From Desulfobacterales bacterium (GTDB lineage Bacteria; Desulfobacterota; Desulfobacteria; Desulfobacterales; C00003060): DNA of 36,388 bases. The stretch lies in NCBI GenBank assembly GCA_030616425.1, contig JAUWXJ010000003.1, forward strand, positions 1 to 36,388. The letters are read 5' to 3'. Of the stretch, positions 1 through 9,084 are shown one piece after another. The notes under the pieces were generated by a model. It worked only from the letters and a program-made list of their open reading frames with translations, was not told where the DNA came from and did not search any database. The number at the start of each line of letters is the position of its first letter. Position 1 is the stretch's first letter. The translations under genes were made by a program, and so were the position numbers.

Positions 1-392
1 GCTGTTCCATCGTTATGTAACCCATCATCGTATAATGGCATAGTGATTATAGTATTTTCATCTGGGAATTGAATATAGGCTGTCACGTTCCAGACTCCAG
101 AAAAGGCGTCTGATACATCTGCCGTTATTGTGAAAACTGTACCAGGTTGTCCTGCTGTTGGGGTTACAACAACATTGGACACCGTTGGAGCGGTATCGTC
201 TATTAAGAAAATATCACCGTCTTCTGCTTCCCTTTGGTTATTTGCATTATCAAAGGCAATAATGTCTACGAAGTAGTTTCCTTCTGGTCGTCCAGATGAG
301 TCCCAAGTATTTCCGTAAGTGCCATCACCTGGAAGCCCATCACTGTGAACCCCATCATCAAATAGTTGTAAGATGGCAATATCAATTTTCAA
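1..392 (-). CDS. Partial Ig-like repeat surface protein with two LxDDGxxxDG (choice-of-anchor X-like) motifs; runs off the window, possibly 5'-truncated
   Basis: Not in the ORF track. Manual translation from TTG at 392: LKIDIAILQLFDDGVHSDGLPGDGTYGNTWDSSG...DDTAPTVSNVVVTP...MPLYDDGLHNDGT, open to base 1. No ATG or signal peptide upstream in frame. Confidence 0.6.
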   Translation of the reverse strand, partial: MKIDIAILQLFDDGVHSDGLPGDGTYGNTWDSSGRPEGNYFVDIIAFDNANNQREAEDGDIFLIDDTAPTVSNVVVTPTAGQPGTVFTITADVSDAFSGVWNVTAYIQFPDENTIITMPLYDDGLHNDGT

Positions 393-489
393 ATAGAAAG
401 TTCTACTGTGAACATAAGTGTAAAAAAATGAGTAAACTACTTGATTAGGAAATCAGAAGCTAATACTGACTGATGCATTAAGGAAATAA

Positions 490-708
490 ATGGCTAAGAA
501 GAAAAAGAATTCAAAGGTCCGGGATTATCGTCACGATGAGAAACGGGAAAACAATCCGCCCATCGGGATAGTGAGTTATGAGCCAAAAATCGGCGAGCCG
601 AAAATGAAATATTATGCATATGACCCGCATCTTTCACCGCAACTGGTTTGGTCAGGGAAGCCGGGGCTCAAGACGATTGAGGTGGAGTCAGAAATTTGGA
701 ATTGTTAG
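490..708 (+). pseudogene. N-terminal stub of a type III-like R-M DNA methyltransferase (Mod)
   Basis: RBS AAGGA. DYRH..KR.NNPP.G and YDPHLSPQLVWSGK resemble the N-terminus of large Mod subunits. Stops at 72 aa with no catalytic motifs. Confidence 0.65.
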
Positions 709-836
709 AAGAATTGAAGACAGATCCCAACATCCGACATAATTATAGAATGTTGATCCTGGCTCTGTCTTGCCCTGTTATCTTTTACCCCCAGTAGTAT
801 TATGGTGTCTACCGTCAAGTAGGCAAAGAGGTTCCT

Positions 837-1133
837 ATGGGAAAATCTAAGCCAACATGGAATCACCCTGGAGGGAAACTTATTGAACTTGGACCAGCAG
901 CACTGACGGATGAAGAGCTTCTCGCCATTTTGATTGGGAGCGGATATAAGGGAAGGACGGCCCAGGACATTGCAAAGGAATTGCTGGATAATTATTACTC
1001 TATAGTTGGCCTTATGGGAAAAAAACTTACAGACCTTGCAAAAATTAAGGGGCTAAAGGACGTAAAGGTTGTTAGGATTGCGGCTGCATTTGAGATAGCA
1101 AGGAGGGTAATAAGGGCACTTGAAAAGGAATAG
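837..1133 (+). CDS. Stand-alone RadC/UPF0758 N-terminal (HhH) domain protein lacking the JAB domain
   Basis: PGGKLIELGPAALTDEELLAILIGSG...KIKGL...IAAAFEIARR matches the RadC N-region. Ends at 98 aa with no HNHPSG motif. RBS GAGG. Confidence 0.8.
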   Translation: MGKSKPTWNHPGGKLIELGPAALTDEELLAILIGSGYKGRTAQDIAKELLDNYYSIVGLMGKKLTDLAKIKGLKDVKVVRIAAAFEIARRVIRALEKE

Positions 1134-3681
1134 ATTAAAAAAGGTAGACAGAAAAGTTTCCATATCCAGAATTCCGAAGATGAAGATCGACCACCTGAAC
1201 CGTCAAATCCCCCCGCTTGCCCATACTTCCATGTATCTCTGGCACAAATACTGGTCAAGGAAAACTTGGAATGTAGTAGGGGAATATATTAAGATGTACT
1301 GTCCGGAGGGTGGTATCGTATTTGACCCTTTTGCAGGTAGCGGGATTACTGCGATGGAGGCCCTGAAAAACGGAAGGCGGGCCATTGTTTGCGACCTGGT
1401 TCCTATTGCCACCGAAATTACACGCCTCACTATCAAATTCGTTAATGAGCTTCATCTCTATGAAGCGTTTAAACGGGTGGAGAAAAAGGTAAAAGATAAC
1501 ATTAAAAGCCTCTATCTGACCAGATGTCGGAAATGCCGAAAGGAGATTATCTTTGATTGCGCTATATGGAAAGAAGATGCATGTGTAGAGATTCGCTATC
1601 AATCATGCCCCCACTGTCGCGACAGGCAGGCAGAAAACTGTAAGCTTGTCAGGTTTGATAAAGACTTTCTTAAAAAGATTGAAAAAAGGAAGATAAAGGA
1701 ATGGTATCCTACAAACCCTTTCTACTATCCAGACGGCAGGCCATTCAAGAAAAAAGAACAATATGAATCCGTAGATGAACTCTTTACGAAAAGAAATCTT
1801 CAGGCCCTTGCGTGGCTGATGGAGGCGATTGAAGAAGAACCCAAAAAAGAACTGAGGGATTTCTTGAAAATCGCCTTTTCCTCGATAGTACACTTATGCA
1901 CAAAAATGGTTCCGGCTATAAAACCAACACCAGGAAGCCACCAGACAGCCTTCAGCTCGACATGGACACAACACAGCTATTGGTATGCATCGAACTACAT
2001 GGAGCAAAATGTATGGAACAAGTTTGACAGCGCCATCAATGGTCACCAGGGGCTTCTGAAGGCAAAGGCGGAATCGAACAAAATCTTTAAGGATGTTAAG
2101 ATTGCCTCTTCATTTAAGCAAGTCCTTTCAGGAAAAGCAGATGTCTATATATACAATGGTTCTTGTTTTGACCTTATGAAAAGACTGCCGGAAGAATCGG
2201 TGGACTACATATTTACAGATCCGCCTTACGATGCCTCGATACAATTCGGGGAGCTTTCCTATATGTGGGTATCCTGGCTTAAAATGAATAGCAATTATAT
2301 CAAGAAGATTATAGCAAACGAGATTATCAGGAATGAGCACCAGCATAAAGACTTTGCTGTTTATCACTCCCTTTTGTCATCCAGCTTCCAGAAGATCTTT
2401 AGGGTCTTAAAGCCTCAACATTATCTCACTCTTACCTTTCACAACCCCACCTTCAAGGTACGTAATGCCACAATCAGGGCCGGTGTGTTCGCAGGGTTTG
2501 AATTTGAAAAGATTCACCATCAGCCTCTCGGACAGGTTTCGGCCAAGGCAATGCTACAGCCTTTTGGCTCGGCCCAAGGGGATTTTTATCTCAGGTTTAA
2601 TAAGCCGAAAACCGTTGTTTCGAAGCCCGAGGAGATTGACGAGGTTAGATTTGAAAACATTGTGGTCGAGACAACTATAGGTCTTCTTGCAGAGAGGGCG
2701 GAGCCTACACCATACACTATTATCATAAACTATATAGATCCCGTGCTTGCAAAACACGGCTTTTTCGGGAGTCTTCAGACCGGACTTGATATAAACACGG
2801 TGCTCAAAAAGCACCTTGATGAGGAATTTGTTTTGCTTCCTGCAAAGGTCGGCAAAGCAGAGGGTAAGCTCTGGTGGTTTAAGGACACGTCTATTGTGCC
2901 AAGGTTGAACGAGATACCATTGACAGAAAGGGTAGAGCAGACTGTTTACAGAAAACTCCGCCAGATGGGCAGAGTAACATTTACCGAGATGTGGGATGCG
3001 GTCAGCACGGAGTTTCCAAATTCCCTTACGTCGGATAGCACAAGCATCAAGGATGCTCTCAGTATCTACGCAAGGCCGATTTCTGGAGGATACTGGCTTT
3101 TAAAACCGGAAATCCGGCAACGTGTCAATCAGCACAGTGAAATCCTTGCAATTCTTGCCCTCATTGGCAAGAAAAATGGGCATGATATCTGGATCGGAAA
3201 AAGGGAACAGCGTGAAAGAGACAGCGGGCTCGTCGCAAAAGGGAAGCTCCTTAAAGAATATATGACAGTCAAACAATTGAAGGTTGCTAATGCAACGAAC
3301 CAGAGAGTGATTGAGAATATAGACCTTGTCTGGATAAAGGGTAAAGAGATCAAGGCTATCTTTGAAGTAGAATCGACTACCACCATGACCAGCGCCTTGA
3401 TGCGGGGTTCCAATGTAGACGAGAGAGTTGATAAATTTATGGTCTTGCCGGAGGAACGAGAAGGTCAATTAAGAAACAAACTGACCTCTCCGCTCTTTAA
3501 AGATCATTTTGAAAATGAAAATTGGCAATTGATATATTTCGACACTCTTAGAAACGCATACACAAAGCAAAAGGCAAAAATGGATATCTACAGCTTGATA
3601 AACAAAAAGAGCGGAACGTCAAAAAATAGGGGAGGCTCAGGTATTCAAGGGCGGTTGTTTGAAGTGAACAAGCAGGATTAG
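1120..3681 (+). CDS. Zn-ribbon-containing adenine DNA methyltransferase fused to a C-terminal restriction endonuclease-like domain
   Basis: Motif I FDPFAGSG, CRKC...CPHC, motif IV TDPPY, two wHTH-like segments, C-terminal IDLVW...FEVEST. Start is TTG 1120 or ATG 1180. Confidence 0.85.
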   Translation: MKRNRLKKVDRKVSISRIPKMKIDHLNRQIPPLAHTSMYLWHKYWSRKTWNVVGEYIKMYCPEGGIVFDPFAGSGITAMEALKNGRRAIVCDLVPIATEITRLTIKFVNELHLYEAFKRVEKKVKDNIKSLYLTRCRKCRKEIIFDCAIWKEDACVEIRYQSCPHCRDRQAENCKLVRFDKDFLKKIEKRKIKEWYPTNPFYYPDGRPFKKKEQYESVDELFTKRNLQALAWLMEAIEEEPKKELRDFLKIAFSSIVHLCTKMVPAIKPTPGSHQTAFSSTWTQHSYWYASNYMEQNVWNKFDSAINGHQGLLKAKAESNKIFKDVKIASSFKQVLSGKADVYIYNGSCFDLMKRLPEESVDYIFTDPPYDASIQFGELSYMWVSWLKMNSNYIKKIIANEIIRNEHQHKDFAVYHSLLSSSFQKIFRVLKPQHYLTLTFHNPTFKVRNATIRAGVFAGFEFEKIHHQPLGQVSAKAMLQPFGSAQGDFYLRFNKPKTVVSKPEEIDEVRFENIVVETTIGLLAERAEPTPYTIIINYIDPVLAKHGFFGSLQTGLDINTVLKKHLDEEFVLLPAKVGKAEGKLWWFKDTSIVPRLNEIPLTERVEQTVYRKLRQMGRVTFTEMWDAVSTEFPNSLTSDSTSIKDALSIYARPISGGYWLLKPEIRQRVNQHSEILAILALIGKKNGHDIWIGKREQRERDSGLVAKGKLLKEYMTVKQLKVANATNQRVIENIDLVWIKGKEIKAIFEVESTTTMTSALMRGSNVDERVDKFMVLPEEREGQLRNKLTSPLFKDHFENENWQLIYFDTLRNAYTKQKAKMDIYSLINKKSGTSKNRGGSGIQGRLFEVNKQD

Positions 3682-3682
3682 A

Positions 3683-3853
3683 TTGGGGAAACAGGAGGGG
3701 CATAAGGTTAAAGGTTTTGAAGACGAGCAGGCCCGTGCAAAACATGAGGCCGCAAAGCGATGGTGTGCTGCGGTTTCTGCATGGGGAGAGATGGGAAAGT
3801 GGAGGTTTGACGTGTGCAAGGACCCAAAGAGACTTCAAGACAGTCTGGTTTAG
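3683..3853 (+). pseudogene. C-terminal stub of a type III-like restriction (Res) subunit
   Basis: Manual translation LGKQEGHKVKGFEDEQARAKHEAAKRWCAAVSAWGEMGKWRFDVCKDPKRLQDSLV*. Resembles the (E)VKG...AK..AA.RW..AV...G..G.W end of Res proteins. No helicase part. Confidence 0.65.
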
Positions 3854-3872
3854 GGAGAATGGCGTCAGCCTT

Positions 3873-3923
3873 TGACCGGCGTGCTCCCCGCAAGCCCCGC
3901 CCGGGAGGGCGGGGAGGCTTCAC
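3873..3923. repeat. IS200/IS605-end-like palindromic element, copy 1
   Basis: Hairpin CCCCGCCC-ggga-GGGCGGGG followed by AGGCTTCAC, preceded by TGACCGGC; same layout at 11413-11487. Confidence 0.6.
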
Positions 3924-4040
3924 ATTGGACAAAGTAAGTGTCCGGCCTAACCCAGCGCATGACGTCAGAACGGCGGCGCCTGAAATGTCAACTGCGGTCT
4001 GGAAATTGTCGCACTGAGAATATCGACGAGGCGACATGAG

Positions 4041-5174
4041 ATGAAGAGGATTGTGTCTATTTTCAATCTGTTCGTGGTTGCCGTGTGCCTGCTCGTTCCG
4101 GGCCAGGCACTAGGCGTCGAGGACTGGTTTGAACGAGGCAATGCTTTTTTAAAGTCGAAGCGCTATAGAGACGCCATAAAAGCCTTCTCTGAAATCATAG
4201 GAACAAACCCACGCGACGCCGATGCCTATAACAATCGCGGGGTCGCTTGGCACCATAAGGGCGACGATGACCGGGCCATTGCTGATTACACCAAAGCCCT
4301 GGACATAGACCCGCTCTTTTCCAATGCCTACAACAATCGAGGAGTGGCCTGGTTCCACAAGGGTGACGATGATCGGGCAATAGCCGACTATACCGAAGCC
4401 GTGGAGATAAACCCGCGCTACGCCAATGCCTACAACAATCGCGGGGGCGCATGGCACCGCAAGGGCGAGTATGGCCGGGCCATTGCTGATTACACAAAGG
4501 CCCTGGAGTTAAACCCAAACTACGCGAATGCCCAGAACAGCCAGGCTTGGATCTTGGCTACTTGTCCAGATGAGAAATATCGGGACGGTGGCCAGGCTGT
4601 GGAGCTGGCGCAAAAAGCAGTAGAACTTGCCCCGGGGGTTAACACCCTGGATACTTTGGCTGCGGCATATGCTGAAGTAGGCAGATTCGGCGATGCAATA
4701 ACAACCGAGGAAAGAGTCCTCTCTTTGCTAAGCATGGAGAGAGAGACAGAAGGGTTACGTGAATATATAGAACATCTAGAGTCCTACAAAAATCACAAGC
4801 CATGGCGGGAAAAGATGGTTGAGGCGCCGAAGGGAGAGCGGCTTGCCACCTATTTGGAATCATGGCGCAAGGCGTGGGAGAGCGCGGATCTAGACGCGTA
4901 TCTGAAGTTCTATCATCCCCTTGCTAGCCAGGGCCGCCGTTTAGGAAAGGGGGCCATTGTCGCCAAAAAAGAGGACGTGTGGTCAAGGAAAAAGCCGAGG
5001 AAGATATCGTTCGGCCCAATCCAGGTCAGTTTGCGCCCTGGCAGGCTTGTGGTAAAGTTTGACCAGGTCTATGTGGGAGCGAATGGGTACCGGGACAGGG
5101 GACGCAAGACCCTTGTTCTCGCGCCCTGGGGCCAGCGCTGGCTCATCATGGATGAAAAATGGAGCGCCAAATAG
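4041..5174 (+). CDS. Exported TPR protein with a C-terminal NTF2-like (Cds6-type) domain
   Basis: Signal peptide; 34-aa repeats AYNNRG...AIADYTKAL (about 102-bp DNA repeats); C-terminal W..AWES.DLD.YL.FY...F.Q.Y...YRD.GRK.L...W.I..E.W. Confidence 0.8.
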   Translation: MKRIVSIFNLFVVAVCLLVPGQALGVEDWFERGNAFLKSKRYRDAIKAFSEIIGTNPRDADAYNNRGVAWHHKGDDDRAIADYTKALDIDPLFSNAYNNRGVAWFHKGDDDRAIADYTEAVEINPRYANAYNNRGGAWHRKGEYGRAIADYTKALELNPNYANAQNSQAWILATCPDEKYRDGGQAVELAQKAVELAPGVNTLDTLAAAYAEVGRFGDAITTEERVLSLLSMERETEGLREYIEHLESYKNHKPWREKMVEAPKGERLATYLESWRKAWESADLDAYLKFYHPLASQGRRLGKGAIVAKKEDVWSRKKPRKISFGPIQVSLRPGRLVVKFDQVYVGANGYRDRGRKTLVLAPWGQRWLIMDEKWSAK

Positions 5175-5183
5175 ATAGTGATC

Positions 5184-7271
5184 TTATGTCTTTTCCAGAA
5201 CCTCCCTGATTTTTCCGGACAGCTCCTTCATATTGAACGGCTTCTGAATAAACCCATTACAACCACGTTCCAAGATCTCGCTCGCCTGGCCATCTATGCT
5301 GTAGCCGCTTGAAAGAAGAACATTTACCTCAGAGTTGTCCTCTTTCATTCTGTCATAGGCCTCGCCACCGCCCATGTCCGGCATGATCATGTCTAGAATC
5401 ACCAGATCAATCTGGTCCTTGTGTTTCGCGTAAACTTCTACTGCTTTTTTCCCGCTTCTGGCTACCAGCACCTCGTAGCCCATTTCTTTGAGCATCTCCT
5501 TGCCGACATTAAGAATCGAATCCTCGTCATCCACAAGGAGAATAGTCCCTGTGCCCTTCAGGATCTCGTCAGCCAGTTTCTTTTCTTCTATTCTGACCTC
5601 CTTTTCCGAGGCCGGCAGACAAACGTTAAAGGTGGTTCCTTTACCCTTTTCGCTGTAAACATTGATGATGCCGGCATGATTCTTGATGATCCCGTAAGCA
5701 GAGGAAAGGCCCAAGCCTGTTCCGCGGCCCATCTCTTTGGTGGTAAAAAACGGGTCAAATATCCTTTGCTGGGTGGCCTCATCCATACCCACTCCAGAGT
5801 CGGTGACAGATACCTTCACGTAGTTGCCGGGTTTCACAGCAAATGGCCTGGTATACTTTTTGTCGAGCACAACGTTGCCCGTTTCAATATAGAGGTCTCC
5901 CCCACTCGGCATGGCCTGCCAGGCATTGATATAGAGGTTGAACAGAGCATGCTCAATCTGCCCCCGGTCTACCTCGACCGGCCAGGGCCCTTTCTGGTAT
6001 TTTCTGTGAATCCTTATCTCTTTCTTGGTGCGGCCAAACAGCTCTGAACTCTTCTGGACTATATCGTTTAGATTAGTAGGTTTGACTTCGTATTTGCCGC
6101 CCCTGGCAAAACCCAGGAGTTGCCTGGTAAGACGAGCCGCATTTTCAACCGAATCCTCTATTCTCCTAAGATACTCAAAATGGGGGTGGTTGGAGTCAAT
6201 ATGAAGCAGCATAAGGGAAGCATGCCCCTGGATACCCATGAGTACGTTATTAAAGTCATGGGCAATGCCGCCGGCCAGGGTGCCAATGGCTTCCATCTTC
6301 TGAGCTTGATGCAGCTGGTCTTCCAGGCGCTTTCGGTTCGTGATGTCCGAGATGTTACCCAATATAGCACGCCTCCCGTTATATTCTATGCGGGTGTTTC
6401 TCCTTAGAATCCATATGGTTTCACCATTTTTTGTCAGGCCTCGTGCCTCGTATTCTGTTGGGGCCTCTTCTCCCATTAACCTCTTTGTCCTTATCTCATC
6501 AGTCAAGGCCCTGTCATCTGGATGGACCAGCTCCCACGATTTCATGCCCGCGAGTTCTTTTCTTGAATACCCGTAAATTTCAGCAAACCTTTTGTTGGCA
6601 AACACGATCTTGCCCCCCTGATCAATGTAAATGCCGGTCAGGGAGTCTTCAACCAGGGTACTGTACTGTTCTTTCGATTCTCGCAGTGCCTTCTCTGCAT
6701 GCCTGCGCTCTTCTATTTCCTCCTTTAGCTGTTCGTTTGCCTTTACCAGTTCGGCAGTCCGTTCCTTGACCCGCAGTCGCAGATTCTTATGAGCTTTTTT
6801 CAGCGCTTGCTCCATCCGCTTGTGCTCGGTGATGTCTCGGAAAATCCCTTGAATCTGTTTTTTGCCCTCAACTTCAATGACATTAGCTCTGATTGCAACA
6901 TCTTTAATTTCTCCTTTTTTGGTAATAACCTGTGCTTCCAGAACCTGCCCTTCTTGTTTTTCGAGATGCTTTTTGAAAGTCCTGCTATATCCTCCTTCAA
7001 TTTCTTCTGGAGGATGGAGAATCCGCTGGTGTTTACCAATCAGTTCTGATCTGTTTCTGCCCACCAATCCCGATGCTGCATAGTTACAGTCAATTATTAT
7101 GCCTGTTTCTGGATTACATACGAAGATAGGGTCTGCTATCTCTTCAAACAGCTTTCTGTGCTTTTCTTCAGATTCTCGCAACGCCTCGTCTGCCCGCTTG
7201 CGCCTGGCTGCTTTTTTCCCTAACTTCTTGATCCTTTTTTCCAATTCTTCATAAGTGGGTTTTCGAGCCAT
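5184..7271 (-). CDS. Hybrid sensor histidine kinase/response regulator (PAS-PAS-HisKA-HATPase-REC)
   Basis: AGGIAHDFNN H-box, FDPFFTTK and GTGLGL boxes, C-terminal receiver LLVDD...ILDMIMP...KPF. Confidence 0.95.
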   Translation of the reverse strand: MARKPTYEELEKRIKKLGKKAARRKRADEALRESEEKHRKLFEEIADPIFVCNPETGIIIDCNYAASGLVGRNRSELIGKHQRILHPPEEIEGGYSRTFKKHLEKQEGQVLEAQVITKKGEIKDVAIRANVIEVEGKKQIQGIFRDITEHKRMEQALKKAHKNLRLRVKERTAELVKANEQLKEEIEERRHAEKALRESKEQYSTLVEDSLTGIYIDQGGKIVFANKRFAEIYGYSRKELAGMKSWELVHPDDRALTDEIRTKRLMGEEAPTEYEARGLTKNGETIWILRRNTRIEYNGRRAILGNISDITNRKRLEDQLHQAQKMEAIGTLAGGIAHDFNNVLMGIQGHASLMLLHIDSNHPHFEYLRRIEDSVENAARLTRQLLGFARGGKYEVKPTNLNDIVQKSSELFGRTKKEIRIHRKYQKGPWPVEVDRGQIEHALFNLYINAWQAMPSGGDLYIETGNVVLDKKYTRPFAVKPGNYVKVSVTDSGVGMDEATQQRIFDPFFTTKEMGRGTGLGLSSAYGIIKNHAGIINVYSEKGKGTTFNVCLPASEKEVRIEEKKLADEILKGTGTILLVDDEDSILNVGKEMLKEMGYEVLVARSGKKAVEVYAKHKDQIDLVILDMIMPDMGGGEAYDRMKEDNSEVNVLLSSGYSIDGQASEILERGCNGFIQKPFNMKELSGKIREVLEKT

Positions 7272-7393
7272 CGGATTATTCTCCTTTTGATCTTAATGAC
7301 AAGAAAGACTCCAAGTATGTCTATCTTTCATACTATGCGTGGAAGCTTTATTATAGCCCTAGCTGAGCGTGTAACTCTTTCAGGAACAGCCTG

Positions 7394-7552
7394 TCAAAAA
7401 AGGGCGTATACAAAGGGTGCCAGAGCCGAACCTTCGCTTAGGATAATCAGGGCAGACAAGAGGACCAGCATGATGATGATCGGAGCAAGCCAGTATTTTT
7501 TTCTATACCGCAAGAATTCCCAGAACTCTACCAGTATTGTTAATTTGCTCAT
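7394..7552 (-). CDS. Small membrane protein, DUF5989/SxtK-like (52 aa)
   Basis: Below the ORF-track cutoff: MSKLTILVEFWEFLRYRKKYWLAPIIIMLVLLSALIILSEGSALAPFVYALF, with the characteristic RKKYWL.P and APF.Y.LF. Confidence 0.75.
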   Translation of the reverse strand: MSKLTILVEFWEFLRYRKKYWLAPIIIMLVLLSALIILSEGSALAPFVYALF

Positions 7553-7608
7553 GAGTTTTACCCGGTAGTATGCACTCGCACTAAAAAGCTTTTGGGCCCA
7601 CTTCTATT

Positions 7609-9045
7609 CTACCCGAAAATTAAGTTCTTATCAACCACATTCTTGTCAGCAATAGTGACCTGGCTGTCAGAGCGATTCGCAATCACCACCTTACCTTTGA
7701 TCGCAACCCCTTTTCCAAATACAACATCTCCTTCAACTTCAAGGGACACACATTCAAGCAAGGACGGAGGCCCGTGTGGGAAGCGAGTTGTGAGTTGGTC
7801 GATTTTCTTGTAGTACTTGCTGTTAAGGCTCAAGACGATAGTACCGAGCCGTCTCTTGGGATTTTGGATCACGAAGTAATCATCTGTGAGCACGTAGCAG
7901 TCGGACCAGAGGGCAAGAAGGTCATGGCATTTCTTGACAGGGGCAAACCGCGTTCTTGGTACGCGAATAGCCGTGGCACCGTCAAATACGGAAATGGCCG
8001 ATCCCATCGCAGTCTCCACCTGGTAGACACGAGGGGTTGACTCATCTCTGGGGTCTACCGTCTTGGGGTTTCTGATCATGGGGAGGTGAATCACATTGTG
8101 ATGGGCGTCAAGCAGCTCGTCCAAGGCCAAGAGGTTCACCCAGATTGTGTTAGTGTTAAAATATCTGTAGATATTGATGTCCTGGAATTCCTCAATCTCA
8201 TCTTCAGGACATTGAGCTATTTCTCGCAGGGTCAAACGACCGTTTTTGAGGCGCGCTATATGCCCGCCCTTGCTGTCTGCCTCGGTTCGATCTGCTACCT
8301 CCATCATGAAAGGAAAGTTGTTCTGAGCAAAATAGCCAAGGATGGTCTCGTCGACGACCGCACCCAAGTTATCCGAATTTGAGATGAAAGCAAAGCGGAT
8401 GCCGGCACCAAGAAGTTGTTTAAGCACTCCAGAGGTTACAAGCGCTGTGTAGATATCACCATGACCGGGCGGGTTCCATTCCATGTCGGGGTTGGCGGGC
8501 CAGGCAGCAGGGGTCAGCCCGTCCTGGATAACCTTTGGGAATTTGTGCTGCAAGAAAGCCAGGGGGGCCCCTGTGTGGAGCTCTTTATAGGAAGAAAGGG
8601 CCTCCTTGGTATCAGCCTCTGTGTTGAAGCTATTCATTAGCACAATGGGAACCTTGACACCGCGCTTTTCCCTGTAAGAGAGGATTTGCCTGGCGATAAT
8701 ATCCAGGAAGGTAAGCCCGTTTTTGGCCTCCAGGAGCGACTTGGTCCGGGACAGGCCCATGCTTGTCCCAAGGCCACCGTTGAGCTTAATGACTACTAAC
8801 TCTTCAAGGGCTGCTCGTCCTGCTTCTGTCAGTCTGGAGAGTTCTTCAGCGTCAGCGATTTCGTTCTCTTGGACCGGGTCGATCTCTCTTCTTGTGATTA
8901 AGCCGGTTTCACCTTGCACCAAGAGGGTATAGTAGTGCCTGAAAGTATCAATCACCATGGGCGGAAGACCGTTTTTTTTCATCTTTTCAGCAAAGAGCTG
9001 AAACTGTATGGCGATTTTCTCTTCCAATCGATTGGCTTTGTTCAC
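7609..9045 (-). CDS. UTP--glucose-1-phosphate uridylyltransferase, eukaryote-type (UGP/UgpA family)
   Basis: KLNGGLGTSMG, WNPPGHGD, SNSDNLGA, FNTN, RFAPVK; 478 aa with a C-terminal beta-helix-like segment. Confidence 0.93.
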   Translation of the reverse strand: MNKANRLEEKIAIQFQLFAEKMKKNGLPPMVIDTFRHYYTLLVQGETGLITRREIDPVQENEIADAEELSRLTEAGRAALEELVVIKLNGGLGTSMGLSRTKSLLEAKNGLTFLDIIARQILSYREKRGVKVPIVLMNSFNTEADTKEALSSYKELHTGAPLAFLQHKFPKVIQDGLTPAAWPANPDMEWNPPGHGDIYTALVTSGVLKQLLGAGIRFAFISNSDNLGAVVDETILGYFAQNNFPFMMEVADRTEADSKGGHIARLKNGRLTLREIAQCPEDEIEEFQDINIYRYFNTNTIWVNLLALDELLDAHHNVIHLPMIRNPKTVDPRDESTPRVYQVETAMGSAISVFDGATAIRVPRTRFAPVKKCHDLLALWSDCYVLTDDYFVIQNPKRRLGTIVLSLNSKYYKKIDQLTTRFPHGPPSLLECVSLEVEGDVVFGKGVAIKGKVVIANRSDSQVTIADKNVVDKNLIFG

Positions 9046-9084
9046 AGTGGTTGGTTTCGTGTCTCAGGGGGCGATGGTTGGCGC

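Noticed and set aside
3708-4037. ORFs 3708-4037(-) and 3814-4017(+)
   Set aside because: They translate the palindromic repeat and the antisense of the Res stub; no protein-like features.
4220-4530. About 102-bp direct repeats as a possible CRISPR array
   Set aside because: In-frame TPR coding repeats with no unique spacers.
5421-7083. Long antisense or alternate-frame ORFs over the hybrid kinase (and similar ones over ilvE, fusA, bepA)
   Set aside because: Shadows of well-supported genes on the other strand or frame.
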